Under the pieces are notes generated by a model that was not told the DNA's origin, did no database searches, and saw only the letters and a list, made by a program, of their open reading frames with translations. This document shows, piece by piece, positions 9,384 through 19,645 of a stretch of DNA of 64,000 bases. Positions within the stretch are counted from its first letter, which is position 1. The number at the start of each line of letters is the position of its first letter. A program made the position numbers and the translations under genes. Source of the stretch: an uncultured delta proteobacterium. Lineage in GTDB: Bacteria > Desulfobacterota > Binatia > UBA9968. Location: the NCBI GenBank assembly GCA_963771465.1, contig CAVYTU010000017.1, positions 928,001 through 992,000 on the forward strand, read 5' to 3'.

Positions 9384-10796
9384 CTAGTCGCGGCGCGATA
9401 TCGTATGCGTTGCGGTGCCGTAAAAAGACTCCGCCGCTTCCATCAAAGTTTCCGACAAGGTCGGATGGGGATGCACCGAATCGGCGATGTCGCGCGCGGT
9501 GGCGCCCATTTCCACGGCGAGAACACCTTCGGCGATAAGCTCACCGGCGCCGGCGCCGGTGATGCCGACACCGAGAATTCTCTCGGTTTCCGGCTCGATG
9601 ATCAGTTTGGTCAAACCGTCGGGACGATCGAGTGTCAGCGCGCGACCTGATGCGCCCCACAAAAACTTTGCCACTTTGATCGCAATGCCTTTTTGCTTCG
9701 CCTCATTTTCAGTCAAGCCGCACCAGGCGACTTCCGGGTCGGTGTAGACGACCGCCGGGATCACGACGTTTTCGAAGGCGCTCGCTTCGCCGAGGATCGC
9801 TTCGACTGCGATCTTGCCTTCCTTGGTCGCGCGATGAGCGAGCAACGTGCCGCCGTTCACATCGCCGATGGCGTAAATATTAGGATCCTCGGTTTGCTGT
9901 TGGGCGTTACATTGAATGAAGCCTTTGTCGTCTTTGCTGACCTTGGTGTTCTCCAGGCCGAGGTCGGCGAGATTTGGCGAACGGCCGACGCTAACCAGCA
10001 CGCGATCGTAAAGTTCGTCGCGCGGCTGCTTGTCGATCTCGATGGTCACTTTGATCTGCTTGCCGGCGGTCGCCATCTTGAGCACTTTGGTGTTGAGGCG
10101 AATTTCTTTGAAGGCTTTTTGCGCCGCCCGCAGCACGGGCCGCGCCAGGTCGGCGTCGACCCCGGCAAGAATCGCCGGCAGCGCTTCCAACACCACGACT
10201 TGACTGCCCAACGCAGCGTAGACCGTGCCAAGTTCCATGCCGATGTAACCGCCGCCGACTACTAACAAACTTTCCGGGATGTCTGGCAGTTCCAGTGCGC
10301 CGGTCGATGTCATGACGCGCGGATTGCCGAGGTCGAAAGCGTTGGGCATTGCCGGTTTTGAACCGACAGCGATGATCGCCTTTTCATAACGGATGAATTT
10401 TTGTCCCTCGGCTGTTTCCACCCGCAAGGTCTGGGAGTCTTCAAAATGGCCGCGGCCTTGGATCAGCTCAACCTTGCGGTGCTGAGCGAGAGTCTTGATG
10501 CCCTGACCCAGCTTGTCGAGGATCGTATTTTTCCAGCTGCGCAGTTTCTCCACGTCGACTTTCGGCGCGCCAAACTCGATGCCGCGCAGGGCAGAATCTC
10601 TCGTCTCGCGGAGAATCTCTGTAGCGTGAAGCAACGCCTTCGAAGGAATGCAACCGACGTTTAGACAAATGCCGCCGAGGCGCGGGTTTTGTTCCACCAA
10701 GGTGACTTTTTTGCCTTTGTCCGCGGCGTAAAACGCTGCCGCATAGCCGCCGGGGCCGGCACCGAGAACGACGATTTCAGTGGTAATCGGTTCCAT
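9384..10796 (-). CDS. lpdA: Dihydrolipoyl dehydrogenase (E3)
   Basis: GAGPGGY, GGICLNVGCIPSK, HPHPTLSE. Confidence 0.96.
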   Translation of the reverse strand: MEPITTEIVVLGAGPGGYAAAFYAADKGKKVTLVEQNPRLGGICLNVGCIPSKALLHATEILRETRDSALRGIEFGAPKVDVEKLRSWKNTILDKLGQGIKTLAQHRKVELIQGRGHFEDSQTLRVETAEGQKFIRYEKAIIAVGSKPAMPNAFDLGNPRVMTSTGALELPDIPESLLVVGGGYIGMELGTVYAALGSQVVVLEALPAILAGVDADLARPVLRAAQKAFKEIRLNTKVLKMATAGKQIKVTIEIDKQPRDELYDRVLVSVGRSPNLADLGLENTKVSKDDKGFIQCNAQQQTEDPNIYAIGDVNGGTLLAHRATKEGKIAVEAILGEASAFENVVIPAVVYTDPEVAWCGLTENEAKQKGIAIKVAKFLWGASGRALTLDRPDGLTKLIIEPETERILGVGITGAGAGELIAEGVLAVEMGATARDIADSVHPHPTLSETLMEAAESFYGTATHTISRRD

Positions 10797-10805
10797 GTTT
10801 AGAAA

Positions 10806-12122
10806 TTATTTGAGCTTGATATCGGCTTCGGCGAAAGATTCGACCCCGGCGATGATCGCTTTTACGAATCGCACCGCGTCGCCGCCGTCGAGCACTCTGT
10901 GATCATAGGCGAGGCAAAGCGGCAAAATAGTTCGGATCGCGATCTTGCCGTCGATTGCGACCGGTTTCGCCTGTCCCTGGCCAATGCCGAGAATCGCTAC
11001 CTGCGGCGTATAAATGATCGGCGTGAAGTGGCTGCCGCCGATGCTGCCCTGGTTGGAAATGGTGAAGCTGCCACCTTGCAGTTCTTCTATAGCAATTTTG
11101 CGCTGCCGAGTTTTTTCGGTGATCGTGTGAAGCTCTTGGGATAGTTGCAGCAAGTCTTTCTTGTCGACATCGCGCAATATCGGCACGATCAGGCCGCCCT
11201 CCGTGTCGACGGCGACGCCGATGTGGCAGTAATCTTTGTAAACAATTTCCAGCGACGATTCGTCCATGCTGGCGTTGGCGCGCGGATGGTTCTTGAGCGC
11301 GCGGCCGAGAATGAACAGAAAAAATGACGTCAACGTCAGATGCGCGTCTTTTTTCTCGTAGGCTGGCGCGTGTTTTTTTCGCATTGCTAACAACGCTGTG
11401 ATATCGGCGTCGGCGAACTGATTGATCTTGGGAATTGTTGTCCAGGACTCGACCATGCGCCGGCTGACGGTGCGGCGCAGCGGCGACATCTTCTCCCTGC
11501 GAATCGGTCCCCACTTGGCGAAGTCGATCGCTTCTGCGGGACTTGGCGCGGCAGGTGCGTTCGCCGTTGAGGCCTTTGCCGCGGGCCGCTCAAATGCCAT
11601 GTGCTGAAGTTCTTGGATGTACGCGCGCAAGTCTGCAAGATTGATACGGCCGCCGGCTTCGCTGCCTCTCACTCGGGTGAGATCGATAGCGAGCTCGCGA
11701 GCGATCTTACGGATCGACGGCGGTGCCGGCGGTGCCGTGCCGCTTTTCGATTCGTAGCGGTAAGCATTGGGCGCGATTTCAGAGTTTGCCATCGCTTGCG
11801 GCGCCGCTGCCGGCTGCGCCTTATTGTCCGCCGCGACTTTAGCCGGGGCATTCTCGGCCGCTTTGTTGCTCGGGGCGACAGCCGACGGGCTGCCGGTGTC
11901 GATTGAAACCAGCAACTGGCCGACGCTTACTTCCATGCCTTGTTTGACATGAATCTTGGTGACGATGCCGGAGCTGGGTGCGGGAATCGACCCCACCGCT
12001 TTTTGAGTTTCGAGCTCCATGAAGGCCTGGTCTTTTTTGATCTCCTGGCCTTCTGAAACTAAAATACTGACGACGGTGCCGCCCTCGACGCCTTCAGCGA
12101 GCTGGGGAAGTTTCACATCCAT
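10806..12122 (-). CDS. aceF: Dihydrolipoamide acetyltransferase (E2)
   Basis: Lipoyl domain ETQKAV, E3-binding domain, YDHRVLDG; in operon with aceE. Confidence 0.92.
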   Translation of the reverse strand: MDVKLPQLAEGVEGGTVVSILVSEGQEIKKDQAFMELETQKAVGSIPAPSSGIVTKIHVKQGMEVSVGQLLVSIDTGSPSAVAPSNKAAENAPAKVAADNKAQPAAAPQAMANSEIAPNAYRYESKSGTAPPAPPSIRKIARELAIDLTRVRGSEAGGRINLADLRAYIQELQHMAFERPAAKASTANAPAAPSPAEAIDFAKWGPIRREKMSPLRRTVSRRMVESWTTIPKINQFADADITALLAMRKKHAPAYEKKDAHLTLTSFFLFILGRALKNHPRANASMDESSLEIVYKDYCHIGVAVDTEGGLIVPILRDVDKKDLLQLSQELHTITEKTRQRKIAIEELQGGSFTISNQGSIGGSHFTPIIYTPQVAILGIGQGQAKPVAIDGKIAIRTILPLCLAYDHRVLDGGDAVRFVKAIIAGVESFAEADIKLK

Positions 12123-12165
12123 GGAGAATTTTCGCGGCTGTCCTTTTGGCGTGTCAGTTTAGGGA

Positions 12166-14856
12166 TTAGAGGCAAAAGGGAAATGACTTTTCAGGATCGA
12201 TGCCCAACTTCTTGATCGCCTGGTCGACGACCGTCGCCGGAAACGCTTCTTTTAGGTGTAGCGCGTAAAGCGTCGCCACCGTCGTCGATTCAGCGTCGAC
12301 TTCAAAAAATCGCCGCAGGTTCTCACGCGTGTCGCTGCGGCCGAAGCCGTCGGTGCCTAAAGTCATGAGCCCGCCGGGAACCCAAGGCGCGATCTGATCG
12401 GCAACCATCTTCATATAATCGGAGACGGCAACAAAGACGCCTTCTTCATGTTGCAAGAGTGATTCGAGATAGGACTGCTTCGGTGGCGCGGTGGGATGGA
12501 GCATGTTCCAACGCTTAGCCCGAAGCGCGTCGCCGCGCAGCAATTTGTAGCTTGTCACGCTCCAAACGTCCGCCGCGACATCGAACTGCTCGGCGAGAAT
12601 GTCTTGGGCTCGCAGCGCGTCGCGTAGGATCGGCCCGCTGCCAAAAATATGCGCTTTATATTTTTTGCCCTTGGTCGCGGGCTTGACTTTGTACATGCCT
12701 TTGAGGATGCCCTCTTCGGCGCCCTCGGGCATGGCCGGCATCGGATAACTCTCGTTATAGAGCGTCAGATAGTAAAAATATTCCTCGTTCTCAGCGTACA
12801 GCCGGCGCAATCCGTCTTGAATGATGACTGCGATCTCATAACCATAAGCGGCATCGTAAGTTAGCAACGTCGGAATCGTGCTGGCAAGCAAATGACTGTG
12901 GCCGTCTTGGTGTTGCAACCCTTCGCCGTTGAGCGTCGTCCGTCCCGCGGTGGCGCCGAGCAAAAACCCCTTAGCCTTGCTGTCGGCGGCGGCCCAAATA
13001 AAATCGCCGATGCGCTGAAAGCCGAACATGGAGTAGTAAAAATAAAAGGGAATCAAGTTGATGCCGAGATTGGCATAAGCGGTGCCCGCTGCGATAAATG
13101 AAGACATGGCGCCGGCTTCGGTGATGCCTTCTTCGAGGATTTGCCCGTCCTTGGCTTCGTTGTAGTAAAGCAGCGTTTCGCGGTCGACAGGTTCGTAGAG
13201 TTGGCCCTTCGATGAATAGATGCCGATCTGACGAAACAACGAGTCCATGCCGAATGTTCTGGCTTCGTCCGGAATAATCGGCACGATCAGATCGCCGACT
13301 TCCTCGTGGCGCAGTAGCTTGGTCATCAACCGCACAGTGGCCATGGTCGTCGACATCGAATGCTGACCCGAGCCTTTCAGTAATTCAGTGTAATTTTCGG
13401 CGTTGGGAACGCTGAGCGGTTTTGCGCGGACTTTTCTTTCCGGCACGAAGCCGCGCAGTTGTTTTCGCCGTTCTAGGAGATACTGGGTTTCAGAGCTGTC
13501 CATCGGCGGGCGGTAGAAGGGTGTCTCGACCACTTCCTCGTCCGGCAGGGGAATGTCGAAGCGCTTGCGAAACTCGCGCAGCTCACGCTCGTTGAGCTTT
13601 TTCTGTTGATGCGTGATATTGCGGCCTTCACCGGCCTCGCCCAAGCCGTAGCCTTTGACCGTTTTGGCGAGTATGACCGTCGGTCCGTCTTTGTGTTCGA
13701 CCGCGGCCTTATAGGCGGCGTAAACTTTTTTTGGATCGTGACCGCCACGCAACAGGCCGTGAATTTGGTCGTCGGTTAAGTGATTGACCATTTCCAGGAG
13801 TTCAGGATATTTGCCGAAGAAATTTTTTCTCGTGTAGCTGCCGGGCTCGACGGAAAACTTTTGATATTCGCCGTCCACCGCTTCTTCCATCCGTTTGAGC
13901 AGCAGCCCATTCTCATCGGCCGCTAACAGCGGGTCCCAGTCCGAACCCCAAATCACTTTGATCACGTTCCATCCGGCGCCGCGAAACAGCGCTTCGAGCT
14001 CTTGAATGATCTTGCCGTTACCGCGCACCGGGCCATCGAGGCGTTGAAGGTTGCAGTTAACCACCCAGACGAGATTGTCGAGATTCTCGCGCGCCGCGAG
14101 CGATAGTGCGCCGGACGACTCCGGTTCGTCCATTTCACCGTCGCCGGGAAAACACCAAACTCGTGGCTCTTCACCGCTCAATAGGCCGCGGCTCTTGAGG
14201 TAACGCACGAAACGCGCCTGGTAAATCGACATGAGCGGGGCCAACCCCATGGACACCGTGGGAAACTGCCAGAACTCCGGCATTAGGTAGGGGTGGGGAT
14301 AGGACGACAAGCCGCCGACGCTGGAAAGCTCCTGGCGAAAGTGATGCAACCGCGGCGCATTGATGCGCCATTCTACATACGCGCGCGCGTAAACGCCCGG
14401 CGACGCGTGGCCCTGAAAATAAATCATGTCGGCGTTATTGGTGCCGTCGCTACCGCGGAAAAAATGGTTCTGGCCGACTTCATATAAAGTCGCGGCAGAG
14501 GCGTAGGTGGAAATATGACCGCCGATATCGGCATGCAGCCGATTGGCTTTGACCACCATCGCCATGGCGTTCCAACGGACGTAGCTCTTGATGCGCCGTT
14601 CGATTTCCCGGTTGCCGGGGTAAGGTGGTTCTTTTTCGGGCGGGATTGTATTGATATAAGGCGTGCTGACCGTGAACGGAATCTTAATGCCCGACTGGCG
14701 CAAGCGATCGGCGAGTTCTTCGAGCAGCTGGGACGCTTGTTCCGAGTGCTCGTTCTTTAAAATATATCCAAGGAAATATTCGAGTGAGGCGATCCATTGA
14801 TGGCGGTCGTCTTTGGTCGACTTGCCGTTACCGGTCGATTTGTTTTCAGGTTGCAT
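12166..14856 (-). CDS. aceE: Pyruvate dehydrogenase E1, homodimeric type
   Basis: GGHISTY, GDGEMDEPES, NCNLQRLDGPVRGN, GTDGFGRSDTRENLRRFFEV; likely start MQPENK. Confidence 0.95.
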   Translation of the reverse strand: MQPENKSTGNGKSTKDDRHQWIASLEYFLGYILKNEHSEQASQLLEELADRLRQSGIKIPFTVSTPYINTIPPEKEPPYPGNREIERRIKSYVRWNAMAMVVKANRLHADIGGHISTYASAATLYEVGQNHFFRGSDGTNNADMIYFQGHASPGVYARAYVEWRINAPRLHHFRQELSSVGGLSSYPHPYLMPEFWQFPTVSMGLAPLMSIYQARFVRYLKSRGLLSGEEPRVWCFPGDGEMDEPESSGALSLAARENLDNLVWVVNCNLQRLDGPVRGNGKIIQELEALFRGAGWNVIKVIWGSDWDPLLAADENGLLLKRMEEAVDGEYQKFSVEPGSYTRKNFFGKYPELLEMVNHLTDDQIHGLLRGGHDPKKVYAAYKAAVEHKDGPTVILAKTVKGYGLGEAGEGRNITHQQKKLNERELREFRKRFDIPLPDEEVVETPFYRPPMDSSETQYLLERRKQLRGFVPERKVRAKPLSVPNAENYTELLKGSGQHSMSTTMATVRLMTKLLRHEEVGDLIVPIIPDEARTFGMDSLFRQIGIYSSKGQLYEPVDRETLLYYNEAKDGQILEEGITEAGAMSSFIAAGTAYANLGINLIPFYFYYSMFGFQRIGDFIWAAADSKAKGFLLGATAGRTTLNGEGLQHQDGHSHLLASTIPTLLTYDAAYGYEIAVIIQDGLRRLYAENEEYFYYLTLYNESYPMPAMPEGAEEGILKGMYKVKPATKGKKYKAHIFGSGPILRDALRAQDILAEQFDVAADVWSVTSYKLLRGDALRAKRWNMLHPTAPPKQSYLESLLQHEEGVFVAVSDYMKMVADQIAPWVPGGLMTLGTDGFGRSDTRENLRRFFEVDAESTTVATLYALHLKEAFPATVVDQAIKKLGIDPEKSFPFCL

Positions 14857-14916
14857 CCAGGCGTGATCCTTGTTTTTTAAGAGACAACAAAACTGGGCCA
14901 AAATCAACTGAGTTCA

Positions 14917-15636
14917 ATGAAATATCTTGAACTGACTTTCACCGAAGCGGAGCGTAATCTCTCCTGCGACGAAGCGTTGTTGGAGTTGTTCGAAGCGCAA
15001 CATCCGGACGATGGAGTTCTGCGGCTGTGGCAATCGGAAACTTACTTTGTCGTACTCGGCCATTCTAATCATCTGGCGGCGGAAGTAGCAGTAACCGCGT
15101 GTGCGGCCGATGGTGTGCCGATCCTCCGTCGCGTAAGTGGCGGCGGCACGGTGCTCCAGGGGCCCGGCTGTCTGAATTATTCATTGATTCTCGATTGTGG
15201 AAAGTTTGGCCTAAAGAATATCGGCGCCACCTTTCACTATGTATTGAATCGCCACAGGACATCGATTGCGGCGCTGACCGGACTGCCAATTGCGGTCGCA
15301 GGCATCAGCGACCTGACGGTGGGCGGACGTAAGTTCTCTGGTAATGCGCAATATCGCAAAGCGCGCTATGGGTTGGTGCATGGGACCTTTCTTCTTGATT
15401 TCGATTTACCTCGCATTGAACGCTATTTGCGCATGCCGATAAAGCAGCCCGATTACCGGCACGATCGCGCACACGCGGATTTCGTCACAAACTTGAGCCT
15501 CGATGCCGATCGAATACATGAAGCATTGCTGAGTGAATGGGAGGCTTCTGCGGTCCTTGATGTCGACCTATTACGCGAAATCGACAGACTGGTCGATGAA
15601 CGGTACGGACGACCGGAATGGTCAAGCAAATTCTAG
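14917..15636 (+). CDS. lplA: Lipoate-protein ligase A family protein
   Basis: RRVSGGGTVLQGPGCLNYS, RKFSGNAQ, HGTFL; divergent from the PDH operon. Confidence 0.88.
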   Translation: MKYLELTFTEAERNLSCDEALLELFEAQHPDDGVLRLWQSETYFVVLGHSNHLAAEVAVTACAADGVPILRRVSGGGTVLQGPGCLNYSLILDCGKFGLKNIGATFHYVLNRHRTSIAALTGLPIAVAGISDLTVGGRKFSGNAQYRKARYGLVHGTFLLDFDLPRIERYLRMPIKQPDYRHDRAHADFVTNLSLDADRIHEALLSEWEASAVLDVDLLREIDRLVDERYGRPEWSSKF

Positions 15637-15645
15637 CGATATTGG

Positions 15646-16282
15646 TCGGCGGAGATCATCCCATTAGCACAGTGTTGCCCGAAGAACTGTTGAGGCACGG
15701 CGAAAATACGGCGATCTGATATTTCCCAGAAGATCGTCATAGACTAAAGACGCAAGATTTATTCACGGCGTCGATTTTTTGAAAAAATTCAGCGCCTCAC
15801 CGCCGCTACGCCGAGGCACGCCCCGAATTGAGCGAATGGCAAGTCATCAGGGCGAGAACTATCAGGGCGGCGTCAAAATCACGGCTACAGACCTGCGAAA
15901 CGTGTTTGCGACGGTCGTCATGGACAACGTAAGGAATCCGATACGGCGCGCCGACTCATGCGGCATACTTCGCTTCAGACGACGACGAAATATATGAGGT
16001 TGGTCAAAGACCGAATGCAAGATGCCGTCAAATTCTTGGGTAATTCCTTGGAGGCAAGTCTTGGGGGTAGATTTGGGGGCAACTTCCAACGTAAAAATGC
16101 TCAAAACGACATCATGCGCGAACTCCCTGCTACGGCTTGCTAAAACGCGAACCGCAGCAGGAATTCCGCGTTTCCCCTCGGTAAATCTTGTTGGCCTGGA
16201 GGGGAGAGTTGGTGGCGGTGGCGGGAGTCGAACCTGCGACGCCGCGGATATGAGCCGTCCGGTCAGGAAGAAAAGTAATTGA
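15646..16282 (+). pseudogene. Degraded C-terminal half of a tyrosine integrase, paralogous to 21285-22298
   Basis: Multi-frame fragments LIFPRRSS*TK, KIYSRRRFFEKI, ITATDLRNVFAT, MRHTSLQTTTKYMRLVKDRM match the intact integrase. Confidence 0.85.
16210..16257 (-). repeat. Displaced tRNA-Met 3' half (att site)
   Basis: 48-bp repeat of 22241-22288 with 42/48 identity; identical 21-bp core CGACGCCGCGGATATGAGCCG spanning the anticodon loop. Confidence 0.9.
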
Positions 16283-16302
16283 TTTATAAGTCTTTTTTCC
16301 AC

Positions 16303-16326
16303 CGGGGGCCACACCTGGGGGCCATC
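16303..16326 (+). repeat. Putative integrase arm-type sites
   Basis: GGGGGCCAC-N4-GGGGGCCATC; same pair and spacing as at 22115-22137. Confidence 0.6.
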
Positions 16327-16382
16327 CTAGCCAAAAAACGGCGTTTAGCGGGTCGAAACAACGCCATTGATGCGGTCTACGC

Positions 16383-16820
16383 ATGAGCGACGCACTACCA
16401 CCGCCAAAGAGCCGTCGTGAATACCAGAAGCACGGCACACACACACGAGACAAGCGCTTGCGGTCGCGTGGTCTTAGTGGAATCGACGGCAGAACTTCCG
16501 AAGGCCGCGAAGCGCTAAGCTGGCGCGATGCCGTGCTCAAATTGAAAGGTGGTGCCGCGTGTTCGTTCGCCGTCAAGACCGAAATCAAGCTGGCTTGCTT
16601 CGATCTTTTTCGGTTGTTGCACTTGCAATCGTACATGATCGCCGATTGCAACCACCGGCTAACGCTGGTCAACCGGCGCAAGCGCGAGCTGCCACGCATT
16701 CATGAGCAGTACGCCGAAATCGATCATCGGTTCTCGCGCCGCGTTGAAGGGTTGGACTTAGGCAAGGTGCCGCCGATGGACCTCGCGTCGAGATTGGCGC
16801 AAGCGACGGCGGAGCGATGA
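16383..16820 (+). CDS. Hypothetical protein (mobile-element type)
   Basis: 145-aa ORF; basic N-terminus with KHG and IDGRT motifs. Confidence 0.6.
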   Translation: MSDALPPPKSRREYQKHGTHTRDKRLRSRGLSGIDGRTSEGREALSWRDAVLKLKGGAACSFAVKTEIKLACFDLFRLLHLQSYMIADCNHRLTLVNRRKRELPRIHEQYAEIDHRFSRRVEGLDLGKVPPMDLASRLAQATAER

Positions 16821-16847
16821 GTAAACAATATCGCGTCGAAATGTTTC

Positions 16848-16958
16848 TTATCCCACTCGCTCCAACATAATCGCACAGAGTAAATAGAAGACAAACGCCA
16901 GCACGATGAGTATCAAAACCTCCCACGGTCGCCATTCTCTCACCTTCCAAGATTGCAT
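16848..16958 (-). CDS. Small membrane protein (36 aa)
   Basis: MQSWKVREWRPWEVLILIVLAFVFYLLCAIMLERVG; single TM; below the ORF-track cutoff. Confidence 0.35.
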   Translation of the reverse strand: MQSWKVREWRPWEVLILIVLAFVFYLLCAIMLERVG

Positions 16959-17330
16959 AAGCCCATGCCTGATGGGATCAGTGTTTTGCATACTGTTCCA
17001 TCTTAGTGCGGAGGCCCACTTCGGAAATCCCCGGTGGATAGTGGCCCAATTGCGACTCAGCGGTGTCCCAATTCGGCTTCACCGAAAGCAATGAGATCAG
17101 GGACAAGCAAGCAAACAACAGCGCCAGCAGTGTCCTTGTATTCATATATGCTCTCCGGTCTCGCGAGTTCCCGCAGACAAGAAATTCGGCCCTCCGGAAC
17201 TCGTCGGATTTCAAGTCTCATCTGCTCCCAGATAATTGCAGTATGCGTGACGGTTTCTGTCTAATATTAGACAGTTCCAAAAATATTTCGTTCGCGATTG
17301 GCGCAAGCGGTGGCAAGAGAGAGATGGATC

Positions 17331-17549
17331 ATGAGTCGTAAAGATATTGAGATTATCGAAGCAGAGACACGGCGGCTGGAAGCGCTCGGCATCGTCTTGG
17401 GCATGTTGGGATTGAAAGAGCCGAAGCGAGCCGGACGACGGCGCATGTACGTCACCGAAGCGGACCGGCAGAGAGCCTACCGAAAACGCAAGTCAGAGAA
17501 AGTCCGTGACTTGCAAAAACGTTCGCCCAGCAGCGTTGCAAGCTCGTGA
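17331..17549 (+). CDS. Small basic hypothetical protein, possibly DNA-binding
   Basis: GRRRMYVTEADRQRAYRKRK motif. Confidence 0.45.
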   Translation: MSRKDIEIIEAETRRLEALGIVLGMLGLKEPKRAGRRRMYVTEADRQRAYRKRKSEKVRDLQKRSPSSVASS

Positions 17550-17825
17550 ATTCGTTGAAGTCTGTTGTTACGAAATTCGGCCAAATCGGTGAAGTGGCAC
17601 ATTACCATTTACCGGGGGAAACGTTACGAAATAAGGCGATAGCGATAGAGGTGATTGACGATGAGTTTTGATCTTAAAAGTTGGAGTGAAGCGAACGGTT
17701 TCGCCTATTCTCCTTTTGGTTATCAACACACCGGCAAGATGGACAGCGATGTGATCTGCCGGGAGGGTTTAATCACCACAAGCGACGATGTGAACGGCTG
17801 GTTGCAATCGTTTCCGCAGATGAGC

Positions 17826-18086
17826 CTATGATGAGAAGCCAGCTATTCCAGTTCCAGCGTAACCGTCCCTGTTACTGTCAACCCAATCTTTGGCGAAAAT
17901 ATAGGCCGCCCTTTCAGCGTCTTTATATCTGTCAAAACTTCTCTCGAAGGCCCACTCCATCCAGAGCTTAACACGCTCCTGGCCGTTTTCGGTCCAGCTA
18001 ATTTTGGCAACAGGTTTAAAACCAATGCTGTCGTGAAAGGCGGAGGCACTGGACCGGATCAAGAACCCTTTGTAAGTTTGTTCCAT
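17826..18086 (-). CDS. Hypothetical protein
   Basis: MEQTYKGFLIRSSA... ORF with GGAG RBS. Confidence 0.55.
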   Translation of the reverse strand: MEQTYKGFLIRSSASAFHDSIGFKPVAKISWTENGQERVKLWMEWAFERSFDRYKDAERAAYIFAKDWVDSNRDGYAGTGIAGFSS

Positions 18087-18259
18087 TTCTCCACGGTAAA
18101 TCAACCGCCACGAGATTTCTGTCCAATACTGAACCAGACTTTAAAAAAAATTTAGGATACTATCAATTCGCCGGGAAGTGTGGACCAACGGCCATTTTAG
18201 CGCCGCAAGAAAGCGATGAGCAATGCTTAAACCAAAAGAGGGCCGGGCATGAAAAAACT

Positions 18260-18547
18260 TTATCTGATCTCTACGTCTCCTGCTTCACGTAAAGTCTTAC
18301 CGATTAACTTCCCTTTGTTAGCGTAAAGAAACGCAAAGTTGGTATCCCTAAAATTTTTCTTCCATAGGCAATTGCCAATACCCCAGGAAAGAACAATGCT
18401 AATTCCTGCGGGATGTGCGGGTTGAATGTTCTGGATTATTAAGCCGAGCAACTCGAACGTCGCTGGTATTAACGCCCCTGCCGCACCGACGGAAAAAAGT
18501 TTTGGCCAGGGAGACAATTCTTTATGGTTCCGTAAAAGCATCGGCAC
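18260..18547 (-). CDS. Hypothetical protein
   Basis: 95-aa ORF ending IGKTLREAGDVEI. Confidence 0.45.
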   Translation of the reverse strand: MPMLLRNHKELSPWPKLFSVGAAGALIPATFELLGLIIQNIQPAHPAGISIVLSWGIGNCLWKKNFRDTNFAFLYANKGKLIGKTLREAGDVEIR

Positions 18548-18698
18548 GTTTCTAAGCTTTGATGATACACGAAGCGGTCATCGCCGCCAAGGACGACGGA
18601 AACTCTCGTTGATGTTTCGGTGAGGACGATCCGAGTTGGGCCAAAGACGCAGCTATCGGTGAGAAGATGATAACGCTCGGTCTGAGAACCGTGACCTG

Positions 18699-19019
18699 TT
18701 AGAAAATTCCCAAAAGTCTTCGGACTTCTACCGCGCTGTTATCCAACAAGTAGTATCCGATTTGCCATCCGCGTTGATCGTATGCGAGATCGTCCTTGGT
18801 GACTTCGATCACGGTGACTACGACAAACCAAAACGCAAGCGAAAGGACGGCGCGGTCTGCGGGGTGTGGGAACTCTGGTGCGCTTACCAGAGATTGGTTT
18901 TCAAGTCGGTGTCTCAATCGGAGACCTAAAGTCGCGTAACAAAATTTTAGCGATTTCTCGGCAGCGAGCTTTCCATCACCGTCAGCAGATTTGAGCAACC
19001 AGATTCTCGCCATTGGCAC
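18699..19019 (-). CDS. Hypothetical protein
   Basis: 106-aa ORF co-oriented with neighbours. Confidence 0.45.
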   Translation of the reverse strand: MPMARIWLLKSADGDGKLAAEKSLKFCYATLGLRLRHRLENQSLVSAPEFPHPADRAVLSLAFWFVVVTVIEVTKDDLAYDQRGWQIGYYLLDNSAVEVRRLLGIF

Positions 19020-19147
19020 CGTTATGCAGCTTTCAGGACTTTCATTGGAGAGGCCCAGATATCAGTCGGTGCAGGAAAGCGCAAACGCTAGACGTCGCGG
19101 TTCTGCTCATGCAGCGGGCGGCATGGTAGCGATGTATCAGTGTGTTG

Positions 19148-19387
19148 CTAATCTGACTTACGAGCAGCCGTGATCGCCTTTGCGATTTCTTCAACGGCTT
19201 CAGGATAGACTGTGGCGGCTATGAACAGAAGTCTCTCCGCGTCTTCTATATCGCAGCGAATTTCTAATACACGTTCGAAATGATCTTCTTTGTATCTGCG
19301 AACAATGACGCCGTTATTGAGGATCGCAAATTCGCGTGAGGCCGGGTCGCACTTATCGACAAAGCCCTCATAAACGAGCAGTGTCAT
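19148..19387 (-). CDS. Hypothetical protein
   Basis: MTLLVYEGFVDKCDPASREFAILNNG... ORF. Confidence 0.5.
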   Translation of the reverse strand: MTLLVYEGFVDKCDPASREFAILNNGVIVRRYKEDHFERVLEIRCDIEDAERLLFIAATVYPEAVEEIAKAITAARKSD

Positions 19388-19645
19388 CAGAATGGTGGCT
19401 TGCACGGCGCAGACTTGTATAGAAATCGCCCACACCTGTCAACGAGCCAAAGTAAGAACAGCGACAATTTGAGACAGCGTTACACAAGTACCCCGACAAA
19501 TAACGCTTCGCGCGGAAGGCAGCACCAACGAACTAATCGGTGGACGTGAACCGTCTTGTAAACTTTGCTCGTGGTGCGAGATTGTGAACACTACAAGTCA
19601 GCGACGGCTGGTGAAATTGTGCCGTAAGCGGCTGAATGCTAGATT

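Noticed and set aside
17826-19435. Integron cassette array for the co-oriented small ORFs
   Set aside because: Spacers share no repeat and lack proper RYYYAAC/GTTRRRY attC ends; the integrase is a tRNA-targeting type.
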